Both the position numbers and the translations under genes were made by a program. 24,419 nucleotides of DNA, taken from the IMG/VR virus record IMGVR_UViG_3300025326_000758; one strand, written 5' to 3'. How positions within the stretch are numbered: the first letter of the stretch is position 1; each line of letters begins with the position of its first letter. The notes below the pieces were generated by a model. That model was not told where the DNA came from, made no database searches, and saw only the letters and a list, made by a program, of their open reading frames with translations. Origin of the DNA: a virus. Positions 1-8,311 of this stretch are shown one piece after another.

Positions 1-1
1 C

Positions 2-1927
2 CTGAAGGCGTTCTTCGCCTCTCGTCCTCCACTCACATTGGACATCCCCCAAGAAGCTCAGAACGCCTTCAGGGCCTACTTGGATCGTGTGCAGAATGAC
101 ATGGGACCCTCCCTTCAAGCTGGTTACAGGATGGGGGAATACCATCGAGACGCCTCTCTCCTGAACTACAACCGAAGAATGAACTACAACACTTGGTTGG
201 GAGTGATGGCCCCCTACGAGTTCTGGTTCACTCAGTCTATGGGCAAGTGGGCCTTCGGGGCCCTCGATAGGCACAGAGTCCTTTCTACCTATCTGAGGAT
301 GCAGAAGCTCTTGGAGACTGCATACCGTCCCGAGTCAGGCTTTCCTGCTAGACTCCGAGGACTTGTGAGGATCCCAATGCCCTTCCTTCCCTCGTGGATG
401 GGGAAGGACCTGTTCATCGACCCTCTAGGGGCAATTCTCCCGATCAAGCGATTTGCGTGGCCGTTCCAACAGATCACCGAGGAGATCGAAGGCGATAGAC
501 AAAGAACGGAACGTACTCTTGAGGAGATGCTGAACGACAACAAGATCACCCAACAGGACTACGACTTCGCCCTCCAACAGCAGGCTGGTCCGATTTGGGA
601 TCAAGCGGTTGATCTTTCGAGAATGGACGACTCTCAAGAGCGGATGGACCCCTTCGATTTCATGTCCATGCTCATCTCTCCACATGCTCCTTTGCAGTGG
701 GCCTACAACATCGCCCGCGGGACACCCGAGAGGATTCAACCCTTCCTCCCGATCACCCGCTCTATCCGTGCGGTGACAGCAATGCTAGGGATTGCCCCAG
801 AAACGGGAGGGCTGAACGTCGAAGGGGCCGTAAGGAAAGCCTTGGGTCTTCCGGCCTACGACCGCTGGGACGACTACCGGGTAGATCGGATGCTCTCTAA
901 CATGGTCGCGAGTGGTGTCGTTTCAGTGGGAGATGCTATCCAGGCCATGAACTCCAGGGAGGGACCTGCTTTCCAAGAGGCAGTCCGAAGAGCAGGAATT
1001 GAATTCGGCTGGGGGGCAATGGGTTCCATAATTGGGATTCCCTCCAAGGCATATCCTGAGGGCGAGGAACAACTACGGGAGTTGAAGAACGACTACGAAG
1101 CGGCTTGGGCAGCGCATGAATCAGGGGATACAGAAGCAGTCAATCGGTTCTACGAAGAACACCCAGAATACGAGGCTAGATTAGCTCTTTGGAAGACCCC
1201 CGAAGAGCGGATGCAGCAATTCCTGGTTGACAACATCTGGGACATCTACAACGACCTCCCTCAACTCCACAAGCAGGAAGTCCGTGAACAACTTGGCGAC
1301 TTGTTCCAGTCTGCCTTCTTGAGCAGGGACACCCGAAGCTACGATAGTATCCCCAATGAAATCCTCCAGGGTTGGCTCAAGGTGATGGGCGGGGATCCTC
1401 CCGGGCAGGTGCATTTCAGCGAAACTCTGACCCCAATCCAGTTCACCGACCCCGATATCGCCTTCAGGTATCAGACCTTCTACGAAACCAGGGATCAGAC
1501 CTTCCGTTACTCCGAGGTCGTCTGGCCGCTCCAGGAGGACTACTTCCGCCTCCAGGAAGGACAGGCCCGAAAGGACTTCCTCAAGCGGCATCCAATCCTG
1601 AAGCAATACTGGGACTGGAGACGGGACTTCATGTACCGAAATCCCGACGTAGCTCCCTACATTGAGGACGATCCCGAGAAACTTCCGAAGTATCCAAGCG
1701 AAGCCGCCCTGAGAGAAGTGGAATCACAACAGTCGGGCTTCACTTGGGTTGAGTGGTCTCAGATGATGGGACCCTCACTCTCTAATCTCGTTCTGGACTA
1801 CTTTGAAGGCCAGCCTCTACCCAGAGTCGCTCAGGACAAACTGGAAGGTCTGGGCTTAGGAGGATGGGAGGAGGTACTCGCAAGCATTGATGCAGTTGCA
1901 CCGCAGCAAGAAATCGTGATAGCATGA
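2..1927 (+). CDS. Large helical virion-associated protein, C-terminal part (internal/ejection-protein-like; 5'-truncated)
   Basis: Frame stays open from base 2 (LKAFFASRPPLT-LDIPQ...), so the TTG at 38 is not the true start. Helical and acidic, with recurring Fxxx(H/N)P motifs (RFYEEHPEY, DFLKRHPIL, DFMYRNPDV). Lies directly upstream of scaffold and capsid. Function inferred from context only. Confidence 0.45.
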   Translation: MKAFFASRPPLTLDIPQEAQNAFRAYLDRVQNDMGPSLQAGYRMGEYHRDASLLNYNRRMNYNTWLGVMAPYEFWFTQSMGKWAFGALDRHRVLSTYLRMQKLLETAYRPESGFPARLRGLVRIPMPFLPSWMGKDLFIDPLGAILPIKRFAWPFQQITEEIEGDRQRTERTLEEMLNDNKITQQDYDFALQQQAGPIWDQAVDLSRMDDSQERMDPFDFMSMLISPHAPLQWAYNIARGTPERIQPFLPITRSIRAVTAMLGIAPETGGLNVEGAVRKALGLPAYDRWDDYRVDRMLSNMVASGVVSVGDAIQAMNSREGPAFQEAVRRAGIEFGWGAMGSIIGIPSKAYPEGEEQLRELKNDYEAAWAAHESGDTEAVNRFYEEHPEYEARLALWKTPEERMQQFLVDNIWDIYNDLPQLHKQEVREQLGDLFQSAFLSRDTRSYDSIPNEILQGWLKVMGGDPPGQVHFSETLTPIQFTDPDIAFRYQTFYETRDQTFRYSEVVWPLQEDYFRLQEGQARKDFLKRHPILKQYWDWRRDFMYRNPDVAPYIEDDPEKLPKYPSEAALREVESQQSGFTWVEWSQMMGPSLSNLVLDYFEGQPLPRVAQDKLEGLGLGGWEEVLASIDAVAPQQEIVIA

Positions 1928-1939
1928 CGAGGAGGAACA

Positions 1940-2677
1940 ATGTCCACTGAAGCGCTGGAGAACGAACAGAAGCAAGCGGAGGCGCAGGCAAGCCAACCTG
2001 TTGTCCCTTCGACTGTTTCTGCCACCGCCCCTTCCGCCAAGTTGGACGCGGACAGTCTCGCTTCCGCGCTGAAATCCGACCCGACTTTGCGATCCGCCCT
2101 CGTGGAGGCACTTCGTCCCGAGTGGCAAAAGGATACGCAGAGCGTGAAGGACAAGCGCATCGCGGGCCTCACGGATGACGTTGAGCGCCTCAAGGTTTAC
2201 ATCCAGAAGTCCGGCGGTGACGTAGATGCCGCCGTTCGAGAGATGCGCGTAGACGAACTCCTAGAGGGTCGCCCGGCTCGTGGCGGAGCAGAAAGCGAAG
2301 ATGTGGCCTATATGACGGCCAAGTCCGCTCTGATCCTCAAAGATGCGGAGATCAGTTTCGAGGACCCCGAATACAGACTTTTGGTCGCACAGTACGAGGG
2401 ACGCATCAATCCAAACCAATGGGTTGATGTTGTCCAGCACTTCGCGGACTCGCGCCAGAAAAAGGCCACGAGGCAGACCTCCGTTACAGCCTCCGCTGCC
2501 GTGGGAGGCGGCGGAAGTGCGGCACCCGCAGGAGACCTGGATGCCCTTACAGAAGAACTTGAGGCCATTCAGTCTGGAAAGCGGGGAAGCCTGACCGATC
2601 CCAAACTACAAGCAAAGCGCAAAGAACTCCGCAAGCAACTCGCGGATTTGACACCGCAGAGACCAGACATCCGCTGA
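1940..2677 (+). CDS. Putative capsid scaffolding protein
   Basis: Strong RBS GAGGAGG upstream; low-complexity Ala/Gln/Pro N-terminus, coiled-coil core, Ala/Gly linker and short basic helical C-terminus; canonical position just ahead of the major capsid gene. Confidence 0.6.
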   Translation: MSTEALENEQKQAEAQASQPVVPSTVSATAPSAKLDADSLASALKSDPTLRSALVEALRPEWQKDTQSVKDKRIAGLTDDVERLKVYIQKSGGDVDAAVREMRVDELLEGRPARGGAESEDVAYMTAKSALILKDAEISFEDPEYRLLVAQYEGRINPNQWVDVVQHFADSRQKKATRQTSVTASAAVGGGGSAAPAGDLDALTEELEAIQSGKRGSLTDPKLQAKRKELRKQLADLTPQRPDIR

Positions 2678-2976
2678 TGCCCCTCGATTGGAAGGACATG
2701 CTTTTCTCTGAACAGGCCGACGCAATCCTCGATCTGTTCGAGTTGAATCCATCCGAGCGAGAAAGCGTCCAGTCAGAGTGGTCCGAGGAGCTGTTTGAAG
2801 TCGATAAGGTTGTGTTTCACGGAAGTGAGCGACACATCCTCGACGGTCGCAACGATGCGTTGCTAGCCCTCCAGACGCTCTGCGAAAAGCGAGTCCAGGA
2901 ACGCGGCGAGATCCTCGATAGGCGGGCGGAGATGCGCAAAAGGATGATCGATGGCAATTCAGACAGCCTCAGCTAG
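2677..2976 (+). CDS. Hypothetical protein (99 aa)
   Basis: TGATG coupling with the scaffold stop; fills the whole scaffold-capsid gap and overlaps the capsid start by 26 nt. Confidence 0.55.
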   Translation: MPLDWKDMLFSEQADAILDLFELNPSERESVQSEWSEELFEVDKVVFHGSERHILDGRNDALLALQTLCEKRVQERGEILDRRAEMRKRMIDGNSDSLS

Positions 2977-4180
2977 CGGCGGTACCGCTCGCGCGCTGTC
3001 GAACTCGATCCGAACCCAGTACGTCGAGGAGTATCTCGACGCAGCGATGACGGAGCGCGTGTACGATCAGATCGCGCAACCGTTTCCCGACAACTCGGAG
3101 ATGATCCGCGGTTCCTCGATCCAGGTCGAGTTCCTGTCCGATATGGAACCCGGCACGACTGCGATCTCGGAAACCGCGGATGTTGTTCCGCAGGCCCTTC
3201 GGGATGCAACCGCCTCGCTGACCCCCACCTCGCGTGGTGAAGTCCTCCAAGCCTCAGAGTTACTTTTGATCCAGGCGTTCACCAACTACGGAGCCGCAAG
3301 GATTCGTAAGATTGGCAAGAATGCGATGGAGTCAATTGATCTCTTGGCCCAAGCTGCGGCCTGCCAGGGTGTTCACTTGGAAGCCGCAGTTGCGAGAGCT
3401 TCACTAGACGCGGGCACCACAAGCCACAACGCGGATGATGCAGTATTCGAGAAGGCGTGGATCAGATTTCTGAGCAACAAGGTTCCAGACTTCAATGCAG
3501 TAATGAACATTGGAGCCAGGACCTACGTTGCGATCACCCACCCCGCGGTGTACTCGGACATCATCCGTACTGGAAACACCCAGTCGATCATGCAGTACCA
3601 GAATGCCCAGATCCTGTTCAATCACGAAATGGGCGCTCTGTCTGCATTCCGACTGGTTGTTTCGCCGTGGGCCAAGGTGTTCTACGGGGCGGGGGCCGAT
3701 CAGGGAACCGATGTCGTCGCAAGCTCGCTGAAAGCCAACTCCAATGCTCTGGCAAAGACCGTTACCCTCTCCGCCTCCACTCACCTCGATTCTGGGCTGG
3801 GTGCCTGGTGGACTGTGGGAACGGAAGAGACCGCGAATACCTTCTACCCGAAGAACGAGCGAGTGAAGTGGGTCTCCAATACCACCTCTATCGTGACGTT
3901 TGTGGGTGAGGGTCCGAACGGTGGCTTCCGCTTCGATCACACCACCGCAGACGTGGTGCGGAACGCGGATAGCGCGTACACCATCGTCTTTGGTGGGCCG
4001 GAGTCCTTGGCGAAGGCGTACTCACCGGATGTGGGCGAGTTCGGTATGCTTGTTGGTCCTCGACGGCACGGTTCGTTGGATCAGTTCGACTCAATCGGGT
4101 GGAAGTTCTATGGTGGGTACGGCATCCTGTCGGATAACCGTATTCTCCGGGCCGAAGTGTCTGTAAGGTCGGAGGCATAA
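2951..4180 (+). CDS. Major capsid protein, N4-gp56 family (HK97 fold) with an inserted beta-rich domain
   Basis: N-arm SNSIRTQYVEEYL, E-loop GSSIQVEFLSDMEPGTTAISE, YVAITHPAVYSDI, EMGALSAFRLVVSP, C-terminal GSLDQFDSIGWKFYGGYGIL..NRI; 409 aa. Confidence 0.85.
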   Translation: MAIQTASASGGTARALSNSIRTQYVEEYLDAAMTERVYDQIAQPFPDNSEMIRGSSIQVEFLSDMEPGTTAISETADVVPQALRDATASLTPTSRGEVLQASELLLIQAFTNYGAARIRKIGKNAMESIDLLAQAAACQGVHLEAAVARASLDAGTTSHNADDAVFEKAWIRFLSNKVPDFNAVMNIGARTYVAITHPAVYSDIIRTGNTQSIMQYQNAQILFNHEMGALSAFRLVVSPWAKVFYGAGADQGTDVVASSLKANSNALAKTVTLSASTHLDSGLGAWWTVGTEETANTFYPKNERVKWVSNTTSIVTFVGEGPNGGFRFDHTTADVVRNADSAYTIVFGGPESLAKAYSPDVGEFGMLVGPRRHGSLDQFDSIGWKFYGGYGILSDNRILRAEVSVRSEA

Positions 4181-4182
4181 CC

Positions 4183-4428
4183 ATGACCGCAACGAGGGAA
4201 GCATCTCCGTACGATGGTCTGGCAGCCTCCTTGGTCAAGGGTCGTTTCTTGGATTTGGGTACAGCGGTGACTACCGCGCCAGGATCAGCAGCCGCGATGC
4301 AGAACGGCTATCTGTTTCTGGCATGGACTGGCACGCATCCGATGATCGGCGTATGCTGGTCTTCGGCACTGGCCCAAGTGAAGTACATACCCTTTACGAC
4401 CAAGACGCTGGGCCGCAAGACCGCGTAG
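4183..4428 (+). CDS. Small protein directly after the capsid gene (possible decoration protein)
   Basis: 81 aa, beta-rich; RBS GGAGG inside the capsid 3' end; position only. Confidence 0.5.
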   Translation: MTATREASPYDGLAASLVKGRFLDLGTAVTTAPGSAAAMQNGYLFLAWTGTHPMIGVCWSSALAQVKYIPFTTKTLGRKTA

Positions 4429-4442
4429 TTACAATCGAATAG

Positions 4443-4484
4443 CCTGTCTGGGGACTCCCCCTCCTACGGGGGGTCCCCAGCAGG
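4443..4484 (+). promoter_or_regulatory. GC-rich stem-loop (terminator-like but no U-tract); loop is anti-Shine-Dalgarno
   Basis: CCTG/CAGG + CTGGGGAC/GTCCCCAG + CCCCC/GGGGG (17 bp, two single-nt bulges), loop TCCTAC 4462-4467; sits in the largest intergenic gap of the window (4429-4504). Confidence 0.6.
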
Positions 4485-4504
4485 ACCAACCTGTAGGAGG
4501 GGTT

Positions 4505-5254
4505 GTGCGGGTCTTCGTTGCGGGTGTTTCCTCGGAACAGCAGTACGTCCGCTCACTGGACTCCATCTTTAGGGGCCTCATAGTAGAAGACGGCGATCAG
4601 CTTGGATACCTTATGGGGAGTCCAGGCTGGATGGCCCGCATAACCCTCTGCGACCAGTTCCTTGAACAGAAGCAGTTCGATGCAATCTTCCAAGTTGACA
4701 TGGACATGCTCCATCCCGATGATGCACTGACCCGCCTCAGAAGCCATGACAAGGACATCGTGACGGGACACTACTTCCGTCGCAAGACAGACCCCATGAT
4801 GTCCGTTATTCAGGTGAAGAATGGGAACCGATGGCTGCCGATGCAGGAGATCCCGACCGAAGGACTGCATGAGGTTGCTTGTACCGGAATGGGCTGTCTT
4901 CTGATAAAGCGGAAGGTCATCGAGGACGTCCTTCATATTCCTGGGATCATCCACCCCTTCATGGCAGGCACCATCCCTTTACTGCACCCGACTAAGATAT
5001 ACGGGCAGGATGTTCGTTTCTTGTACTACGCCCAAATGTTAGGATACAAGCTATGGTTGGATGCTGAGGTCGAGGCGGCTCACGGTTGTACATTCTGGAT
5101 GACCAAGTATCTATATGACATCCTGAGACCCCATCAGGATCAAGAGTGGAAAGAGGAAATGAGGAAGGCCGAATGGGAAACCGAAAGATCCACCGAGCAA
5201 GAGCGGTTGAGTTGGAAGGACTACGCGGCAGAATTCAGGACACCGGCGAACTGA
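4505..5254 (+). CDS. Soluble GT-A fold glycosyltransferase (GT2-like, phage type)
   Basis: ARITLCDQFL (ARN.lv..fl-like), FQVDMDM DxD motif, DIVTGHYFRR, GMGCLLIKRKV, GQDVRF (gED..F-like), GYKLWLD..V...H; GTG start with AGGAGG RBS; no TM or signal segment. Confidence 0.78.
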   Translation: MRVFVAGVSSEQQYVRSLDSIFRGLIVEDGDQLGYLMGSPGWMARITLCDQFLEQKQFDAIFQVDMDMLHPDDALTRLRSHDKDIVTGHYFRRKTDPMMSVIQVKNGNRWLPMQEIPTEGLHEVACTGMGCLLIKRKVIEDVLHIPGIIHPFMAGTIPLLHPTKIYGQDVRFLYYAQMLGYKLWLDAEVEAAHGCTFWMTKYLYDILRPHQDQEWKEEMRKAEWETERSTEQERLSWKDYAAEFRTPAN

Positions 5255-5787
5255 TCCAGATTGATAGGGCCGAACTCCAAAAAGCCGTCCATGACGGACA
5301 GATTCATGAGAACGTCGAATGGGCAAACACCCCGGAACTTGATTCGCCGTCAACCAACCGATCCTCCCCCGCGGGTTATCTTCCCAAGCAGAAACCCTTG
5401 ATGTACCGCCTCGATTATCACGAGATGGCTAGACAGCGTGCCGCGAGCGAGCTTGATCTTCACCAGATCGAGACGGTCCCCAAGGAACTGAGGGACTACA
5501 TCGAACTTCTGGGGAGGATCAAGGAGTGCGATGACTGGCTAAAGGTCCAGGATGAGCATGGGGATTGGGGAACCCTTGTGGTGGGAAAAGAAGGTCGAGA
5601 GGCCAAGATGCCGACCCTCGGTTCGAGAGCGGATGTGGAGGCACACATCAAGAACCGCCACCTGAGCATGGGGTTTCTGGATGAGGAGACCGTGAAAGGG
5701 GAACGCAAGAAGGTCTACAGGGGAATCGCACAGGCTCATTCCGACGCTGTGGATAGAGAGAATGCCGAGCAAGAAAGAGAAGCTTAA
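5173..5787 (+). CDS. Hypothetical protein (~204 aa, coiled-coil N-terminus)
   Basis: Long open frame; ATG 5173 preceded by GAGGAAGG (alternative GTG at 5146); overlaps the GT 3' end by 82 nt. Confidence 0.6.
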   Translation: MGNRKIHRARAVELEGLRGRIQDTGELIQIDRAELQKAVHDGQIHENVEWANTPELDSPSTNRSSPAGYLPKQKPLMYRLDYHEMARQRAASELDLHQIETVPKELRDYIELLGRIKECDDWLKVQDEHGDWGTLVVGKEGREAKMPTLGSRADVEAHIKNRHLSMGFLDEETVKGERKKVYRGIAQAHSDAVDRENAEQEREA

Positions 5788-6334
5788 CTTCATCAAGCAC
5801 TTCATGATGATTAATCAGGACCGGGAAGGGACCGACCTCTCGGGAAACGACTTGTCTGGTGCCTGCATGGTGGGATCGAATCTTAGAAGCGCGATCTGTG
5901 TGGGAACGAACTTCACTGGTTGCGATCTGAGGAAGGTGGACTTCTCCAGCGCAAACCTCAAGTTGGCTAACTTCACCGACGCTGATTTGAGCGGAGCGGA
6001 TATGTCCATGACCTATGCAAAAGCGGCACTCTTCCTTAGGGCGAGGATGTGGAATACCATCGTGAGACATGCGATCTGGAAGAACGCCCTCCTGATTGAC
6101 GCCGATTGCGCGGGGATGGATGTTGTTGGGACTCTGCTCATGGGGGCCAGATGGGACGGGACGAGAACCCTTGATATGAGGAACACCGACAGGGCCATCT
6201 ATCAATGGTGGATGTCTCCTTGGGGAGGCCCTCCGAGTTACGACCCGATTCCAGGCTGGACGAAGCTGGATGAGTCGCTCTTGGGAGGGATATCTCTCCA
6301 AGAGAATTCGGGAAGTTGGCAATCGGCTAGGTAA
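5762..6334 (+). CDS. Pentapeptide-repeat protein (paralogue 1)
   Basis: Tandem A(D/N)LXX-type pentads: TDLSG NDLSG ACMVG SNLRS AICVG TNFTG CDLRK VDFSS ANLKL ANFTD ADLSG ADMSM; non-repeat Trp/Pro-rich C-terminal tail. Confidence 0.92.
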   Translation: MPSKKEKLNFIKHFMMINQDREGTDLSGNDLSGACMVGSNLRSAICVGTNFTGCDLRKVDFSSANLKLANFTDADLSGADMSMTYAKAALFLRARMWNTIVRHAIWKNALLIDADCAGMDVVGTLLMGARWDGTRTLDMRNTDRAIYQWWMSPWGGPPSYDPIPGWTKLDESLLGGISLQENSGSWQSAR

Positions 6335-6356
6335 CGCCGAATCGGAAAGGGATTGA

Positions 6357-6677
6357 ATGAACGAGCAACGGATTGTACGTGTGCAAAGGTACGGCTTGCT
6401 GACCGAGATGTATGCTCTAGCGATAGGTCGCAGGACGGAGAATGGTCTTGAGATCGCCAGATTGAACTATGAGCCAGTAGATGAAATGAAAGACCCATTG
6501 CCAACAACCTATCTGAATCCTACTGAGGCACAAGTGCTCATCGACAGTTTGTGGGATGCCGGTATTCGACCTACGGCTGGACATGGAAGTGCTGGTGCAT
6601 TTTCGGCAGTTCAGCACCACCTGGAGGACATGCGCAGGATTTCGTTCAAGCAGTTGGATATGGAGAAAGGCCAATGA
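6357..6677 (+). CDS. Hypothetical phage protein (106 aa)
   Basis: RBS AAAGGG; motif AQVLIDSLWDAGIRP...GSAG...HLEDMR resembles an uncharacterised phage family as I recall it (unverified). Confidence 0.65.
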   Translation: MNEQRIVRVQRYGLLTEMYALAIGRRTENGLEIARLNYEPVDEMKDPLPTTYLNPTEAQVLIDSLWDAGIRPTAGHGSAGAFSAVQHHLEDMRRISFKQLDMEKGQ

Positions 6678-6862
6678 GAGTCACTGTGGTTCAGAATGGC
6701 GAGACAATCACCTATGAATGCTCCGATATGAGAACCGGCGAGAGAAGCATCCAGATCATGCAGCGGATGAGAGCAAAGAGCGACCTTGATCCCGTAGAGA
6801 GGGACCGCTGCATCGCGGTCTTCTACGGGACGTTCAGGGCGGATATTGAATGGGATGAGTGA
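6674..6862 (+). CDS. Hypothetical protein (62 aa)
   Basis: ATGA overlap with the upstream stop (6674-6677) and GGAGAAAGG RBS; the track ORF from 6551 is over-extended. Confidence 0.55.
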   Translation: MRVTVVQNGETITYECSDMRTGERSIQIMQRMRAKSDLDPVERDRCIAVFYGTFRADIEWDE

Positions 6863-7427
6863 AGACATTCTTTGGCACCGGCTCCGGTATTTCATGAGTC
6901 CCCAGTGGGACGTTTACCTCTCATTGCGGGACCATTTAAGGGGCCAACCCCAGGTTTTGGAAGTCGGCTTCGGAACCGCCGCAGGATCAATGCTCTATGC
7001 CGATAGGGTTGGGCACCTCACTGGAATTGAGATCAATCGAGATGCGGTTGAGTTTGCGAAAGCGATGTATCCGTTGGAGAATGTGGACTGGATACATGCA
7101 GACATTCTCGACTTCGCTTCTCCTACGAAGTTCAGCGCAATCCTGGCAATTGAGGTCCTAGAGCACATCCCAGACTGGCTTGGCGCGGTTCAGAACATTA
7201 GGGATTTGTTAGTCGATCCAGGCGGCGAGTTCATTATGAGTGCGAGAAATGCAAACGCCGATCTTCGGAGAGCGAAGTCACAGCACGAACGAGAGTTGAT
7301 TGCCGAGGATATTGTATCGGCCCTAGAGGAGTTTTTCCCCAATGTCACAATCTACGACTACACCCTCGCCAGAATTCAAGACCGAGACACCAGAGTCACT
7401 CCAATACTCGCCGTCTGCCGGACGTAG
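6855..7427 (+). CDS. Class I SAM-dependent methyltransferase
   Basis: Motif I VLEVGFGTAAG, motif II GIEIN, WIHADIL, FSAILAIEVLEHIPD, GGEFIMS-PN-like; ATG 6855 overlaps the upstream stop. Confidence 0.88.
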   Translation: MSEDILWHRLRYFMSPQWDVYLSLRDHLRGQPQVLEVGFGTAAGSMLYADRVGHLTGIEINRDAVEFAKAMYPLENVDWIHADILDFASPTKFSAILAIEVLEHIPDWLGAVQNIRDLLVDPGGEFIMSARNANADLRRAKSQHERELIAEDIVSALEEFFPNVTIYDYTLARIQDRDTRVTPILAVCRT

Positions 7428-8112
7428 CGTCCTCGGTATCACGATGGCCCGCGGGGGCTCCGTTGGTGTCCCGCGGAAGAACCTCCGCATGGTTGCTGGG
7501 AAAGAACTCATCAGGTGGACCATTGAGGAGGCCAGGAAGTGCTCTCTATTGACAAGGTACGTCGTTTCTACGGATGACCTGGAGATCAGGAAGGTCGCTG
7601 AGCAGTACGGGGCTGAACTGGAGTTCATGGAACCCTACTCCGATGGGACGAATCCTCTCATCGAGAGGCTCCAGTACGTCGTGAAAGGATTGGAGGGGAG
7701 GGGGGAGAAGTATGACCTTATTGCCGACATCCGTTGCACTAACCCCTTAAAGACCGCAGGCGATATTGATGGGATGATCGCTATGCTCTTGGACACTGGG
7801 GCGGACGTGGTTTGTGGGGTCACTAGACTAGAAGACCACCATCCCTCCAGGATCAAGATGATGCTTCCTGATAAGAGGCTGGTAGATGTTTGGCCTGAAC
7901 CCAAGAGTGGGCTAAGGCAGGATCTAACCCCATCCGTTTACATTCGGAACGGAAGTGTCTATGTTGTGAGGACGGAAGCACTCTTAAGAGGGGTCCACTT
8001 CTCTGGGGGGGACATTCGAGGTTACGAGATGCCCCCAGAACGCAACTTGAACATAGACGACGAGATGGATCTCAAAATCGCGGAGGTGTTCCTTGCTTCT
8101 AGAAATCTTTAA
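7342..8112 (+). CDS. neuA: Acylneuraminate/nonulosonate cytidylyltransferase (NeuA/CMAS family)
   Basis: GITMARGGSVGVPRKN nucleotide-binding loop, VVSTDD, RCTNPLKT (QPTSPLR-like), RQDL...YIRNGSVY, NIDDEMD. Family-level call; start uncertain. Confidence 0.9.
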   Translation: MSQSTTTPSPEFKTETPESLQYSPSAGRSVLGITMARGGSVGVPRKNLRMVAGKELIRWTIEEARKCSLLTRYVVSTDDLEIRKVAEQYGAELEFMEPYSDGTNPLIERLQYVVKGLEGRGEKYDLIADIRCTNPLKTAGDIDGMIAMLLDTGADVVCGVTRLEDHHPSRIKMMLPDKRLVDVWPEPKSGLRQDLTPSVYIRNGSVYVVRTEALLRGVHFSGGDIRGYEMPPERNLNIDDEMDLKIAEVFLASRNL

Positions 8113-8311
8113 GTGGTTTCTAACCGCGTGCATCATTGTCGGAACTCTTCTCCTAACTCGCAAGAACAAATGGGGTTGGCTCGTGTCAATTGTGGGTTCT
8201 ATTGGTTGGCTTTGGTACATGCTGTCCATTAGGGAATATGCGTTGGCCTTTAATGCCGTTGCTATGCTTATCATTAGGTTAGATGGTCTGCGCCGATGGT
8301 TCGGCTTATGA
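8093..8311 (+). CDS. Small membrane protein, half-size PnuC-like (3 hydrophobic helices)
   Basis: TTG start with GGAGGTG RBS; 72 aa; pattern W..T...IVG..L...KNKWGWLV...G...W......Y......A...I...G..RW resembles one PnuC three-helix repeat. Confidence 0.55.
   Translation: MLLEIFKWFLTACIIVGTLLLTRKNKWGWLVSIVGSIGWLWYMLSIREYALAFNAVAMLIIRLDGLRRWFGL

Noticed and set aside
4443-4484. Classical Rho-independent terminator
   Set aside because: Strong stem but no U-tract on either strand; kept as a regulatory hairpin rather than a confident terminator.
5146-5254. Possible -1 frameshift fusing the glycosyltransferase to the next ORF via GGGAAAC (5175-5181)
   Set aside because: The heptamer is phased G-GGA-AAC in the downstream ORF's frame (ATG GGA AAC), not in the GT frame (TGG GAA ACC), so it does not fit an X XXY YYZ slip from the GT.
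5648-6322. 224-aa minus-strand ORF (also 23611-24216, 1181-1606, 11969-12469 and other minus-strand ORFs)
   Set aside because: Antisense shadows of well-supported + strand genes; no motifs, and the + strand is already fully tiled.
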